Shown: positions 55,986-64,000 of the stretch, piece after piece | Layout of the letters: each line of letters begins with the position of its first letter | How positions within the stretch are numbered: the stretch's first letter is position 1 | Assembly: GCA_964502885.1 (NCBI GenBank) | Contig: CAZCXU010000002.1 | Coordinates: 27,843 to 91,842 of the forward strand | Direction of reading: 5' to 3' | DNA length: 64,000 nt | Source: an uncultured Gammaproteobacteria bacterium | Lineage (GTDB): Bacteria > Patescibacteriota > Microgenomatia > CAZETR01 > Amesbacteraceae | Position numbers and translations under genes: made by a program | Notes under the pieces: model-generated | The model's database searches: none | Told to the model about the DNA's origin: nothing | What the model saw: only the letters and a program-made list of their open reading frames with translations

Positions 55986-57361
55986 TAACAGGCATGATGA
56001 CAACTTCTCATACACTCAAATTCTCGGCTCCGGACGAGGTGGTGCAGCTAATGGATAGGTTTGAAAAAAATGGATATGAAATCTTTATCGTCGGGGGTGT
56101 GGTGAGGGATGTGCTCCTAGAACGGCCACTGTATGACTGGGACTTTACAACAAATGCCACCCCTGAGGAAATTATGAAATTGATACCTGACAGTTTTTAT
56201 GATAACCGATTTGGAACGGTGGGAATAAAGAATTCCGGACGACCTTTTGAAGTAACTACCTACCGGACGGAAAGACAGTACACGAATTCAAGACATCCGG
56301 ATGTGGTGGAGTGGGGAAAAACATTGGAAGAAGATTTAAAGAGACGGGATTTCACGATTAATGCCATGGCAATAAAAAAAATCGGTGCGGGAAAATTTTC
56401 CCTGATAGATCTATTTAACGGACAGAAAGACATTGCAGCCAAACAGATAAGGGCAGTCGGTAACGCGACAGAGCGATTTCAAGAAGATGCCCTACGGATG
56501 ATGCGAGCAGTCAGAATCGCAACCCAGCTGGGATTTGCAATTGAAGAGGAAACATTTTTGGCGATTAAAGAAAATGCAAATAGAATAAATCTGATTTCAG
56601 CAGAGCGAATACGTGATGAGCTATTAAAGATTCTGGCCTCTGATTTTCCAGCTGATGGCATACAACTTCTCAGAAACTGTGAGTTGTCGTTTGCAATTTT
56701 GCCTGAGCTGGATGCGGCCTTTGGTGTAGAACAAAAAAGTCCCGGGAGACACCATATATATGACGTAGGAACGCATAGTGTGGAATCATTACGGAATTGT
56801 CCAAGTGCAGAACCAATAACACGACTCGCAACACTGATACACGACCTAGGCAAAGTGAAAACGCAAAGAAAGTACCCGGATGGGCGTATTACTTTTTATA
56901 ACCATGAAATGGAGAGTGAAAAAATTGCAAAGCGGATAGCTGATCGACTGCGTTTTTCAAAAGAGCAGAAAGAGAAACTGGTACGATTGGTGCGTTGGCA
57001 CCAGTTCACCGTGGATGAACATCAGACAGATAGTGCAGTGAGGAGGTTTATCACTAATGTGGGAGCAGAAAATGTGCATGAAATGCTGGCCTTACGGACC
57101 GGAGATCGGCTGGGTGGAGGGGCGAAGGAAACCAGCTGGCGACTTGAAGACTTTAAGAAGCGGCTGGTAGAGGTGCAGAAACAACCGTTTTCAGTGGCTG
57201 ACCTGAAGATATCAGGACATGACGTAATGGAGGTAAAGAAATTGCCTCCAGGACCTGGAGTGGGAAAATACTTGAGCATCCTATTTGACCAAGTAGTGGA
57301 AAACAAATTACCCAATGAACGAGAGGTATTGCTTGAGGCGCTACAGAAAGTAACTATTTAG
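55986..57361 (+). CDS. cca: CCA-adding tRNA nucleotidyltransferase (PolyA polymerase family head domain + HD domain)
   Basis: GGVVRDVLL...DWDFTT is the NTase head (GGxVRD). RRDFTINAMA is present. The C-terminal HD region is HHIYDVGTHS...LIHDLGK. The start is trimmed to ATGATG 55986, because the track's TTG start would overlap recJ. Confidence 0.85.
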
Positions 57362-58271
57362 AAACCGGCTTTGATCGGTTTTCCCAGAGGACCAAAATGG
57401 GAGCAGCGTTGAAGATAGAAGAATAAGTGCCGGAAATAATCCCGATAAGTAATGCTACTACAAACCAGCGAATTGTTTCTCCGCCAAATAATAGTAAAGA
57501 GGTAAGGGTGAGAGTGACGGTAAGCGAAGTGTTGAGTGACCGTACCAAAGTCTCGGTGATGGAAAAGTCTACAACTTGCTCAAAGGAATTCTTTGGAAAT
57601 TTGGCAAGGTTTTCGCGCACCCTATCAAAAACAACAATACTGTCATGAACTGAAAATCCGATGATGGTAAGAAGTGCAGTGACAAACAAAGCATCCAACT
57701 CAACGCCGAACAGCTCACCAAAAAGCGAAAAACAACCAACTACAACAAAGACGTCGTGCAATAGAGCTATGACTGCGGAAGCGCCAAACTTCCACGATGA
57801 ATAGGGCTTTGGAATTCCATGGAAAGACCAAGCAATATAACCAATAATAAACAGGGATGCGACTACCACCGCCAACATTGCTTTGTAGGCCATTTCGCTC
57901 CCTACCGCCGGACCTACTGACTCAAAGCGTTTTTCGGTGACTTTACCCGCTGAAGCACTGGCCACTTGACGCTGGAAGACAGAATTCTGTTCCTGAGAAA
58001 TTGTTTTGAGCCGTAATAGATAGATATTGTCTGATGATGTCTGAATGGCAGAAGTCTCAATACCAGATTTTTTGGCCAAATCATGTAGTAAATCGGAGGA
58101 AAGCGGTTTTTCAGTTTGAATTTCCAGAAGAGTGCCACCGGTAAAGTCGATAGAAAGACGAAGACCATGACGAACGAGAAAATAGGACCCGGGCAACATG
58201 AGCAGTATTGAGAAAGCGAAGTAAAGCCACTTGTACTTCATGAAGCCAAAGTAGCCAAATTTGGTATTCAT
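57354..58271 (-). CDS. secF: Protein translocase subunit SecF
   Basis: LRLSIDFTGGTLLEIQ, six TM helices, and an 8-nt overlap with cca (convergent). Confidence 0.9.
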   Translation of the reverse strand: MNTKFGYFGFMKYKWLYFAFSILLMLPGSYFLVRHGLRLSIDFTGGTLLEIQTEKPLSSDLLHDLAKKSGIETSAIQTSSDNIYLLRLKTISQEQNSVFQRQVASASAGKVTEKRFESVGPAVGSEMAYKAMLAVVVASLFIIGYIAWSFHGIPKPYSSWKFGASAVIALLHDVFVVVGCFSLFGELFGVELDALFVTALLTIIGFSVHDSIVVFDRVRENLAKFPKNSFEQVVDFSITETLVRSLNTSLTVTLTLTSLLLFGGETIRWFVVALLIGIISGTYSSIFNAAPILVLWENRSKPVSK

Positions 58272-58273
58272 AA

Positions 58274-59563
58274 TTATTTTCTAAGATATAAGGTGCGGAT
58301 GAGACCGCGAGTAATAGTAATTGACGTAAATAGGGAGACCAAGATACCAACTATCAGAGTCAATGCAAAGCCCCTGATTGTGCCTGTGCCAAACCAAAAT
58401 AAAATGCTCGCTGTGATTAGAGAACTGGCATTACTGTCTCTGACCGAAGTCCAGGCACGCATAAATCCTAATTCGACAGCAGCCCGAATGGGGCGCCCCC
58501 AACGAATTTCCTCCTTGATACGTTCAAAAATAAGAATATTTGCGTCGACCGCCATTCCCACTGAGAGGACAAATCCGGCTATTCCTGCCAGGGTAAGAGT
58601 AATCGGTATTAATTTGAAAATTGTAAGAGATATGAGCACATAAAGAATAAGTGCAATATTGGCGAATATCCCCTTTAATCCGTAATTGGCGACCATAAAG
58701 ATGAGAATGAGAAAAAAACCGACCAGTCCAGCCAATAGGCTGCGTAGAATCGATTCGTTACCCAAAGTGGCTCCGACAGTGCGCTGCTCAACAACTTTTA
58801 TGGGAACAGGCAAAGCTCCTGCGTTTAATTGAATAGCTAATTGTTTTGCCTCATCTACAGTAAATGTCCCGGAAATTACTGCCTGATCCCCGGTAATTTC
58901 CTGCTGTATGACGGGATTTGAAACGGGTAAGTCGTCCAAAAAAATGAATAGTTGTTCGCCAATGTGGTTGCGGGTAATTTCTGAAAACTTCCTGGCTCCC
59001 TCGGCATTGAATTGAATCCCCACTGATGGGCCAGCCTGGCTGACATTGCCTGATCCAAATTGAACTTGCGCCGATTTGAGATCCTTGCCGGTGAGTCCTG
59101 TCGCTGCAAAATCGGTGATTGATGATGGAGTAGCTACTTTTGGTAGACGAAAATCTAATTGAGCTGTCTGTCCAATAGTCTGCATAGCCTGATTTACATC
59201 TTTGACGCCCGGAAGTTCGACGATAAGACGGTACTCGCCGCTGGCCGCTTTGGAAACTAGGATGAGCGGCTCGGAAACACCTAACGAGTTGATACGGCGC
59301 TCAATATTGTCTTTGGTAGCATTTACAGCAGAGGCACGCTCAGACTCAGGAATATCTTTAAGATCAGTCTCGTAGACTAAATGGGTACCACCCTGCAAAT
59401 CCAAACCTAACTTAAAATCAAGATCCCGAACATATCCCCGATTGTTCAGCTGAATATTTATCGAAGGACGCTTAAATGTATAACCGGCGATCTTGAGTTC
59501 GGGAGGAAGATTGGCAACCAGGGAAAAAACCAAAAGAACAGCGATCAGGATTTTAAGGCGCAT
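58274..59563 (-). CDS. secD: Protein translocase subunit SecD
   Basis: LGLDLQGGTHLVYE, a periplasmic P1 domain and a C-terminal TM bundle. It abuts secF. Confidence 0.9.
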   Translation of the reverse strand: MRLKILIAVLLVFSLVANLPPELKIAGYTFKRPSINIQLNNRGYVRDLDFKLGLDLQGGTHLVYETDLKDIPESERASAVNATKDNIERRINSLGVSEPLILVSKAASGEYRLIVELPGVKDVNQAMQTIGQTAQLDFRLPKVATPSSITDFAATGLTGKDLKSAQVQFGSGNVSQAGPSVGIQFNAEGARKFSEITRNHIGEQLFIFLDDLPVSNPVIQQEITGDQAVISGTFTVDEAKQLAIQLNAGALPVPIKVVEQRTVGATLGNESILRSLLAGLVGFFLILIFMVANYGLKGIFANIALILYVLISLTIFKLIPITLTLAGIAGFVLSVGMAVDANILIFERIKEEIRWGRPIRAAVELGFMRAWTSVRDSNASSLITASILFWFGTGTIRGFALTLIVGILVSLFTSITITRGLIRTLYLRK

Positions 59564-59564
59564 A

Positions 59565-59753
59565 CTATTTGGTCTTTTCTCCGATAATTAGAGGAAGTTG
59601 ATTGGTATTGTCGAAATAACATGTGACTAATCCGTGGGAATAGTCAGCGCGAACATCAACATCCATGCCGGGCTTTAGCCCTAGAATTCTAACAAATTTT
59701 GAAGGAATAGAAATGCTTAGGCTGTTACCGGTCTTGAGGACTTTTTGCCGCAT
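59565..59753 (-). CDS. AbrB/MazE/SpoVT-family DNA-binding domain protein (swapped-hairpin, antitoxin-like)
   Basis: 62 aa. KTGNSLSISIPSKFVRILGLKPGMDVDV is the SpoVT/AbrB fold signature. It lies 1 nt upstream of secD and 4 nt downstream of the wHTH-NTase gene. Confidence 0.65.
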   Translation of the reverse strand: MRQKVLKTGNSLSISIPSKFVRILGLKPGMDVDVRADYSHGLVTCYFDNTNQLPLIIGEKTK

Positions 59754-59757
59754 AAGC

Positions 59758-60336
59758 TTAGCCTACTAATTCCTGATCGGAACCAATAACCATAACTCGA
59801 CCACCGGTAAGTATCCCCAGTAAAAACGGATCACGGCGAGATCGGCGGAACTTCAGCTCTTCTTCTGTCATGGGGGTATAGTTGATAGTCTGGCCGCGAC
59901 GGGCTTCCTCGGCGCGGATTAGAGCGCCCAACTCCTGAAGATGAACTTCTCCCACTATTAGCAAATCTACTTCGTCGGGGCTGCTTCGAGGTTCGTGACG
60001 AACAAAATGCCCTGAAAGCATGATAATGCTGACCCGACCAATCTTGTGGCGATTTTTTATCAGGCTCTCGCCCAAACCAGTGGTCTTTGCTACCAAACTG
60101 AGCAGGTCTGCATAAAAAACGTAATCTTTGCGAAACCAGTAGTAGAGGCGATTCCCGCGCGGTTCTTTTTTTACCATGTTCAGTTGCTCCATGCGGGCCA
60201 ATTCCCGGCGCACAGCATTTATTTCTTCGGAGGTTTTACGCACTAAATCCCGCACATGAAACATCTGAGTAGGATCAGAAAGAAATGTTTCCAATAACTT
60301 GACTCTGGTTTTACTGATGACCAAATCTTTTAGCAT
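59758..60336 (-). CDS. Winged-HTH + nucleotidyltransferase-fold protein (putative regulator/NTase)
   Basis: The N-terminal ~80 aa are wHTH-like. The C-terminal segment LSGHFVRHEPRSSPDEVDLLIVGEV resembles the minimal NTase signature hG[GS]x9-13[DE]h[DE]h (compare FGSYARGEAHEGSDIDLLV). Confidence 0.45.
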   Translation of the reverse strand: MLKDLVISKTRVKLLETFLSDPTQMFHVRDLVRKTSEEINAVRRELARMEQLNMVKKEPRGNRLYYWFRKDYVFYADLLSLVAKTTGLGESLIKNRHKIGRVSIIMLSGHFVRHEPRSSPDEVDLLIVGEVHLQELGALIRAEEARRGQTINYTPMTEEELKFRRSRRDPFLLGILTGGRVMVIGSDQELVG

Positions 60337-60410
60337 GTGTTAAGTTGTTACCCACAACATACCACGTGAACGGTAAAATGCAAGATATTGAGTAAGAAAA
60401 CACCTCGTGT

Positions 60411-61613
60411 CTAGTTGTATGTGATGGTGTTTGTTGAGGGGACTATAGAAATCCAGATGGGGCCCGGGGTGAACTTGATGTCTACGCCTTTTGCGTCTTT
60501 GTAGAGAGTACGGCTGGTACGCGAGGCTTTTGACCAGGTGCCTTTTGTGGCAACGCCGTTTTGGAAAACAATAGCATCACCCTTGCCTTCGACTTGATAG
60601 AGCATGTGCTTTTCCAGGTCTCCGGTAAAAGTCTCTTTGGCAAACTGAACTACCACAGTCTTGTATCGAAGAGGCTCACCAGTATTCAAGTCCGTGGAAA
60701 CGCTGCCACCATTGCTGCGTTCATATGAATCTGTGGCTGCATCATAGCGCCAGGAGACGTCAAAGCTGCTATTGAAATCGCGATTGGTTTCCCAGAACAT
60801 GTAGGAGATATTTGTAGCCGGTAAACCGCTGGCTTTTTCACCTTTGCCCAAGAATTTCCAGGAAACAAAGTTTTTGTCCCAGGGAACTTTTTTCTCATCC
60901 TGGTAATTCCAACCCAATTTGGCAGCCTTTGCGTAAAGACCATCAGTAAAACAAGCCATGGTATGTTCGTAAGCTACTTCCTTGTCCAATCGATCCGCCA
61001 AACGATGACAGGTCTTGAACTCACCGGCATAACCCATCTGATCAAGGTTTTTGATCCCAGCACGACTAATGAGACACAAAGCCTTGGCGCGATCATCTAC
61101 GTTGGGATCAGTACAGTGGCCAGCACCCCCGACGTGGTTGTAAAGTGCGTTGTATTCGGACACCAAACTGACATAGTAGATGCGGGCTGAACGAACAGGG
61201 GCCAAAGTGACGTTTCCGGCCAATGAAACACCGCAGTAGTACACACCCATAAATCTGGTGATACCACCCTCAGCTACGGCTTCGTAGACCACGTCAGCAG
61301 TGCTCAGCCCGGACTGAGGGCGAGCATCAACAGAGTTTTCGATCATGACGGCCAATGGACGACGAGTCATCCAAACGTCTCTTTCCTGTTTTGTATACAG
61401 ATCACCATTGAGAGGACAAACTTCGGTACGGGGAATTGAGGGGTCAATTCTTGATCTACCGGAACTTGGTTTGGGAGTGCCGGTGGTGACCGGACTTATA
61501 ATCCCGGAATTGCTTTGACGACTAAGCACAGAGTCAGAAATCAGATAGGAAGCAGCTGCCGTAGCAGAAAAAAGCACAAGCGAAACTAGCATGGTAGTAA
61601 TTTTTTTGTTCAT
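60411..61613 (-). CDS. DUF3048 domain lipoprotein/secreted protein (YerB-like)
   Basis: Signal peptide, then RPLAVMIENSVDARPQSGLSTADVVYEAVAEGGITRFMGVYY, typical of DUF3048. Confidence 0.7.
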   Translation of the reverse strand: MNKKITTMLVSLVLFSATAAASYLISDSVLSRQSNSGIISPVTTGTPKPSSGRSRIDPSIPRTEVCPLNGDLYTKQERDVWMTRRPLAVMIENSVDARPQSGLSTADVVYEAVAEGGITRFMGVYYCGVSLAGNVTLAPVRSARIYYVSLVSEYNALYNHVGGAGHCTDPNVDDRAKALCLISRAGIKNLDQMGYAGEFKTCHRLADRLDKEVAYEHTMACFTDGLYAKAAKLGWNYQDEKKVPWDKNFVSWKFLGKGEKASGLPATNISYMFWETNRDFNSSFDVSWRYDAATDSYERSNGGSVSTDLNTGEPLRYKTVVVQFAKETFTGDLEKHMLYQVEGKGDAIVFQNGVATKGTWSKASRTSRTLYKDAKGVDIKFTPGPIWISIVPSTNTITYN

Positions 61614-61724
61614 GAAGATTACAATATGGTTGTTTTGTTAGTATGCCATTTTCAACCCCAATTAGTAAAGAGACAGAAAAATGAATAATTGCTGGCTTAT
61701 TGACGGCTGAGTTATCATATCACC

Positions 61725-62009
61725 ATGTCGAAAAGACGAACCAGACAAGAGAAGATTGCTGCGGCCAATAGAATTTCACTTACCCCCGTAAAAGAGTTTG
61801 CAACCTATCGAGCTCCCGTAATTGAGATTCGTGAAACAGATAGTTCCAACATGGGATTGCCAATGAAATTTGTAGCGACTGACTTGACAAAAACTATTGC
61901 CGTAACTATTCTGGCCTTGATTTTTCAATTTGGAATTATGTACTACTTATCGCATGGCGGATGGAATTCGATAGCCGAAACGTTAAAGTCATTTGTTTCG
62001 GTGTATTGA
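61725..62009 (+). CDS. Hypothetical small membrane protein
   Basis: 94 aa with a C-terminal TM helix IAVTILALIFQFGIMYYL. Its stop is followed by the RBS of the next micro-gene. Confidence 0.4.
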   Translation: MSKRRTRQEKIAAANRISLTPVKEFATYRAPVIEIRETDSSNMGLPMKFVATDLTKTIAVTILALIFQFGIMYYLSHGGWNSIAETLKSFVSVY

Positions 62010-62019
62010 GAGGAGGTGA

Positions 62020-62169
62020 ATGATTGTGGCAAGCATGTATTGTGTAAAGTGTCGAGCCAAGAAGGACGATCTTAATGCCCAAGAAGTCACCATGAAAAAT
62101 GGCAAAAAAGCTTTGAAAGGCAAGTGTCCAACTTGTGGCACAGGTATGTATAAGATCGGAGGCAAATAA
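62020..62169 (+). CDS. DUF5679-like small zinc-ribbon protein (49 aa)
   Basis: RBS AGGAGGTG 2 nt before the ATG. MIVASMYCVKCRAKKDDLNAQEVTMKNGKKALKGKCPTCGTGMYKIGGK has CxxC...CxxC. It is below the 60-aa cutoff of the ORF track. Confidence 0.6.
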   Translation: MIVASMYCVKCRAKKDDLNAQEVTMKNGKKALKGKCPTCGTGMYKIGGK

Positions 62170-62192
62170 TTGCTTTCAGTTTTTCCAAAAAT

Positions 62193-62223
62193 CTCCGCAA
62201 AAAGAAATGATTGCGGAGTTTTT
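62193..62223. terminator. Bidirectional intrinsic terminator between the convergent DUF5679 and exonuclease genes
   Basis: CTCCGCAA(62193-62200), loop AAAGAAATGA, TTGCGGAG(62211-62218), then TTTTT. A-rich on the other side. Confidence 0.55.
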
Positions 62224-62225
62224 GG

Positions 62226-62792
62226 TTATTGGGCAATCCCAAGAAGATGACAGAATATCTTATAAGTAGCACGGATGTCTGAGTCGGGTTTGTGATTTTC
62301 CAAAGGGATATTCAGGTAGCGAGAAACGTAGGACAAACTCAGATATTTAACTTCGGGGCGGTTGTAAAAATGGGCATATGCAATAGAGCCGACTTCAATG
62401 AGATGGTGATCATAAAAGTACGAAAGTTTTTCTTTTTGTAGTGCGGCGTTTAGAAAATCCCACTCGTTCTGTACACCCCAACCGACTAATAAACATCCGG
62501 GTGCAAAATCAGTTAGTTCAAGCAGAGCCTGACGAAGCGGAATAGCATCATTCCATTTTTGGGGTGTGTAATCAGTGACCCGTAAACACCTGGGGTCGGC
62601 TGTTTCAATATGTTCAGGTCTTATCTTTGCATAATATGAGTTGTCGATTTGGAAGTTGTCCTGATTGACACACAGCGCAGCAATTTCGATTATTTCATGA
62701 ACTTCATGATCTAAGCCGGTCATTTCAAAATCCAAGAAGAGAAGGGGGCGTTTTCGCAGCTCTTTTCTGGGACTATCGAGCAGGTATGGCAT
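62226..62792 (-). CDS. DnaQ-like 3'-5' exonuclease (DEDDh; PolIII epsilon/oligoribonuclease-like)
   Basis: Exo I LLFLDFEMTGLD, Exo II LLVGWGVQNEWDFL, Exo III H...D (NHKPDSDIRATYKIF). Confidence 0.8.
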   Translation of the reverse strand: MPYLLDSPRKELRKRPLLFLDFEMTGLDHEVHEIIEIAALCVNQDNFQIDNSYYAKIRPEHIETADPRCLRVTDYTPQKWNDAIPLRQALLELTDFAPGCLLVGWGVQNEWDFLNAALQKEKLSYFYDHHLIEVGSIAYAHFYNRPEVKYLSLSYVSRYLNIPLENHKPDSDIRATYKIFCHLLGIAQ

Positions 62793-62795
62793 GCG

Positions 62796-62954
62796 TTAAC
62801 GCAAATATGGAAGGACGGCAGATAGTCCTGTAAGAATAAAATAGAAAGCTATTAAATAATTGAGAACTTTGGGGAACATAAGTACGAGTACGCCAAATAC
62901 GAGAGATACTAAACCCTGAAAAGCTGCGCGATTTGTAAAGAGTTCGGGATTCAT
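62796..62954 (-). CDS. DUF3096-like small membrane protein (52 aa)
   Basis: MNPELFTNRAAFQGLVSLVFGVLVLMFPKVLNYLIAFYFILTGLSAVLPYLR. Its stop lies 4 nt before the exonuclease ATG. It is absent from the ORF track. Confidence 0.45.
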   Translation of the reverse strand: MNPELFTNRAAFQGLVSLVFGVLVLMFPKVLNYLIAFYFILTGLSAVLPYLR

Positions 62955-62988
62955 ACTGTGATGTACATCAGATTATATCGTAAGTTTA

Positions 62989-63271
62989 CCTGGAGGCGAA
63001 TAAGCCAGATTCTGTTTTAGTGGCAATCTGTCTGATGCCCACAAGCTTTGGATCGGTTTGGAAAGGCGACCTAATGACGATCCGGTCGGTGGTTGCAACG
63101 GGGAGGGTTACCGCTTTTCACCCTCTGCCTGTCTGTCTTTCGACATTCAGGTGAGTCGTAGTCTCTGTGGCCCTATCTAGCGCTTACGCGTTCCGGCTAT
63201 CGCCGAACACCCTGCCTTTGGTTGTCTGGACTTTCCTCCCTCCTTTCGGAGAGTAGCCACCTGCCTCCAGG
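62989..63271 (-). ncRNA. rnpB: RNase P RNA (bacterial type A-like, reduced ~283 nt)
   Basis: Minus-strand P1 is CCUGGAGGC...GCCUCCAGG. P2 is GGUGGC/GCCAC. P3 is CUCUCC-GAAA-GGAGGG. The 5' P4 strand is GGAGGGAGGAAAGUCCAGAC (compare E. coli GGAGGAAAGUCCGGGCUCC). GGCAGGGUG, AGGGUGAAAAGCGGUAACC (P10.1/P11) and the 3' P4 ACAGAAUCUGGCUUAU (compare ACAGAACCCGGCUUAU) are also present. Confidence 0.8.
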
Positions 63272-63281
63272 TGGTCTTATT

Positions 63282-64000
63282 TTACTCTGAAGACTCAACT
63301 TGGGGGAGTGACCAATAGTGGGTGATAACTGTTTCCAGAACCAACACCGTCGGAATCGAGATTATGGCACCAACAGTACCTGCCAGACGGAATCCAATCA
63401 TTAAGGAAATTATGCTCACCAGCGGATTTACACCTGCGGCTTTTTCCATGATCTGAGGTACAAGAAAGTTGTTTTCGATAAATTGAACAAGGAAATAGAG
63501 AGCGGCGGTGGATACAGCCAGCAATGGGTGGATGGTGAGGGCGATAATAATTGCCGGAATCGCAGAAATTGTAGGTCCAATACTGGGGACTATTTCCAGC
63601 ATGCCAGCCAGCAGAGCTAACGGAAGAGCGTTTTCCATACCGAGAACTTTAAGACCGAGATAAGTCAGTGTGCCTACAAAAATCATCAGCATCAATTCTG
63701 CTCTAACCCATCCGCCCAGCTTGTGCTCAACAGCAGTGACAGTTTGTGAGACTTTGGCTGCACGGCGACTGCCAATGTATCTGGCGACAATTTTATCTAG
63801 ATTTTCCCGCTCAACTAACAGATAAAAAGAGATGACAATGACTGTGACCAGATTAAGAACATTGCTGAAGACGCCAGAGGCTAGTCGGGCTACGTTTACT
63901 GGAATGGTTCCCATGCTTGAGATTATTTGTGAAGTAATTTCCTGCTGGTGCAAGCTGAGATATTCAACCTGTGATAAGGAACCCGGGAACTGACCAAGTA
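63282..64000 (-). CDS. AI-2E family transporter (PerM/UPF0118), partial. The N-terminus lies beyond the window end
   Basis: The C-terminal half has the typical AI-2E TM pattern (LALLAGMLEIVPSIGPTISAIPAIIIAL). The ORF is still open at base 64000. Confidence 0.75.
   Translation of the reverse strand, partial: LGQFPGSLSQVEYLSLHQQEITSQIISSMGTIPVNVARLASGVFSNVLNLVTVIVISFYLLVERENLDKIVARYIGSRRAAKVSQTVTAVEHKLGGWVRAELMLMIFVGTLTYLGLKVLGMENALPLALLAGMLEIVPSIGPTISAIPAIIIALTIHPLLAVSTAALYFLVQFIENNFLVPQIMEKAAGVNPLVSIISLMIGFRLAGTVGAIISIPTVLVLETVITHYWSLPQVESSE

Noticed and set aside
1-64000. tRNA genes, transposases, integrases and prophage remnants
   Set aside because: A scan of the intergenic gaps (4480-4519, 5795-6118, 20090-20284, 22082-22196, 36579-36710, 41190-41283, 51700-51860, 60337-60410, 61614-61724, 62955-62988) found no cloverleaf-like sequences and no inverted-repeat-flanked ORFs. 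No recombinase motifs were seen. I cannot fully exclude a tRNA without a covariance scan.

Overview
This 64 kb window reads as a gene-dense, largely operonic chromosomal segment. I infer, from sequence alone, that it comes from a small-genome monoderm-like bacterium, possibly CPR/Patescibacteria-like. The evidence is an archaeal-type AspRS, a reduced ~283-nt RNase P RNA, many secreted or membrane-anchored hypothetical proteins, and giant surface proteins. I saw no CRISPR array, integrase, transposase or tRNA. Housekeeping genes identified: metK (preceded by a SAM-I/IV-like riboswitch), eno, obg, gltX, aspS, relA/spoT, recJ, cca, secDF and rnpB. Accessory content: (i) a nuclease and nucleotide-sanitation cluster (SNase-like nuclease, a triple GRF-type zinc-finger protein, Ham1/RdgB ITPase, Nudix hydrolase). 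(ii) Two adjacent MacB-type ABC modules. One is a classical adaptor-ATPase-FtsX set. The other is an ATPase plus a large-ectodomain FtsX permease, translationally coupled to a 2,0xx-aa LamG/beta-propeller/Fn3 giant surface protein. I rate this coupled module the best candidate for an undescribed envelope system. (iii) A copper module, csoR-DUF305-copA-yibE/F, with a recognisable promoter and operator palindrome. (iv) An MBOAT acylation module. (v) A 1346-aa membrane-anchored GH31-like enzyme with a tandem domain duplication, next to an EamA transporter. (vi) Several micro-proteins (DUF5679, DUF3096, DUF1653), a wHTH-nucleotidyltransferase plus AbrB-like pair upstream of secDF, and two bidirectional terminators. 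All calls rest on reading motifs by eye; no database search was possible. Start codons are often uncertain because the ORF track includes TTG/GTG starts.
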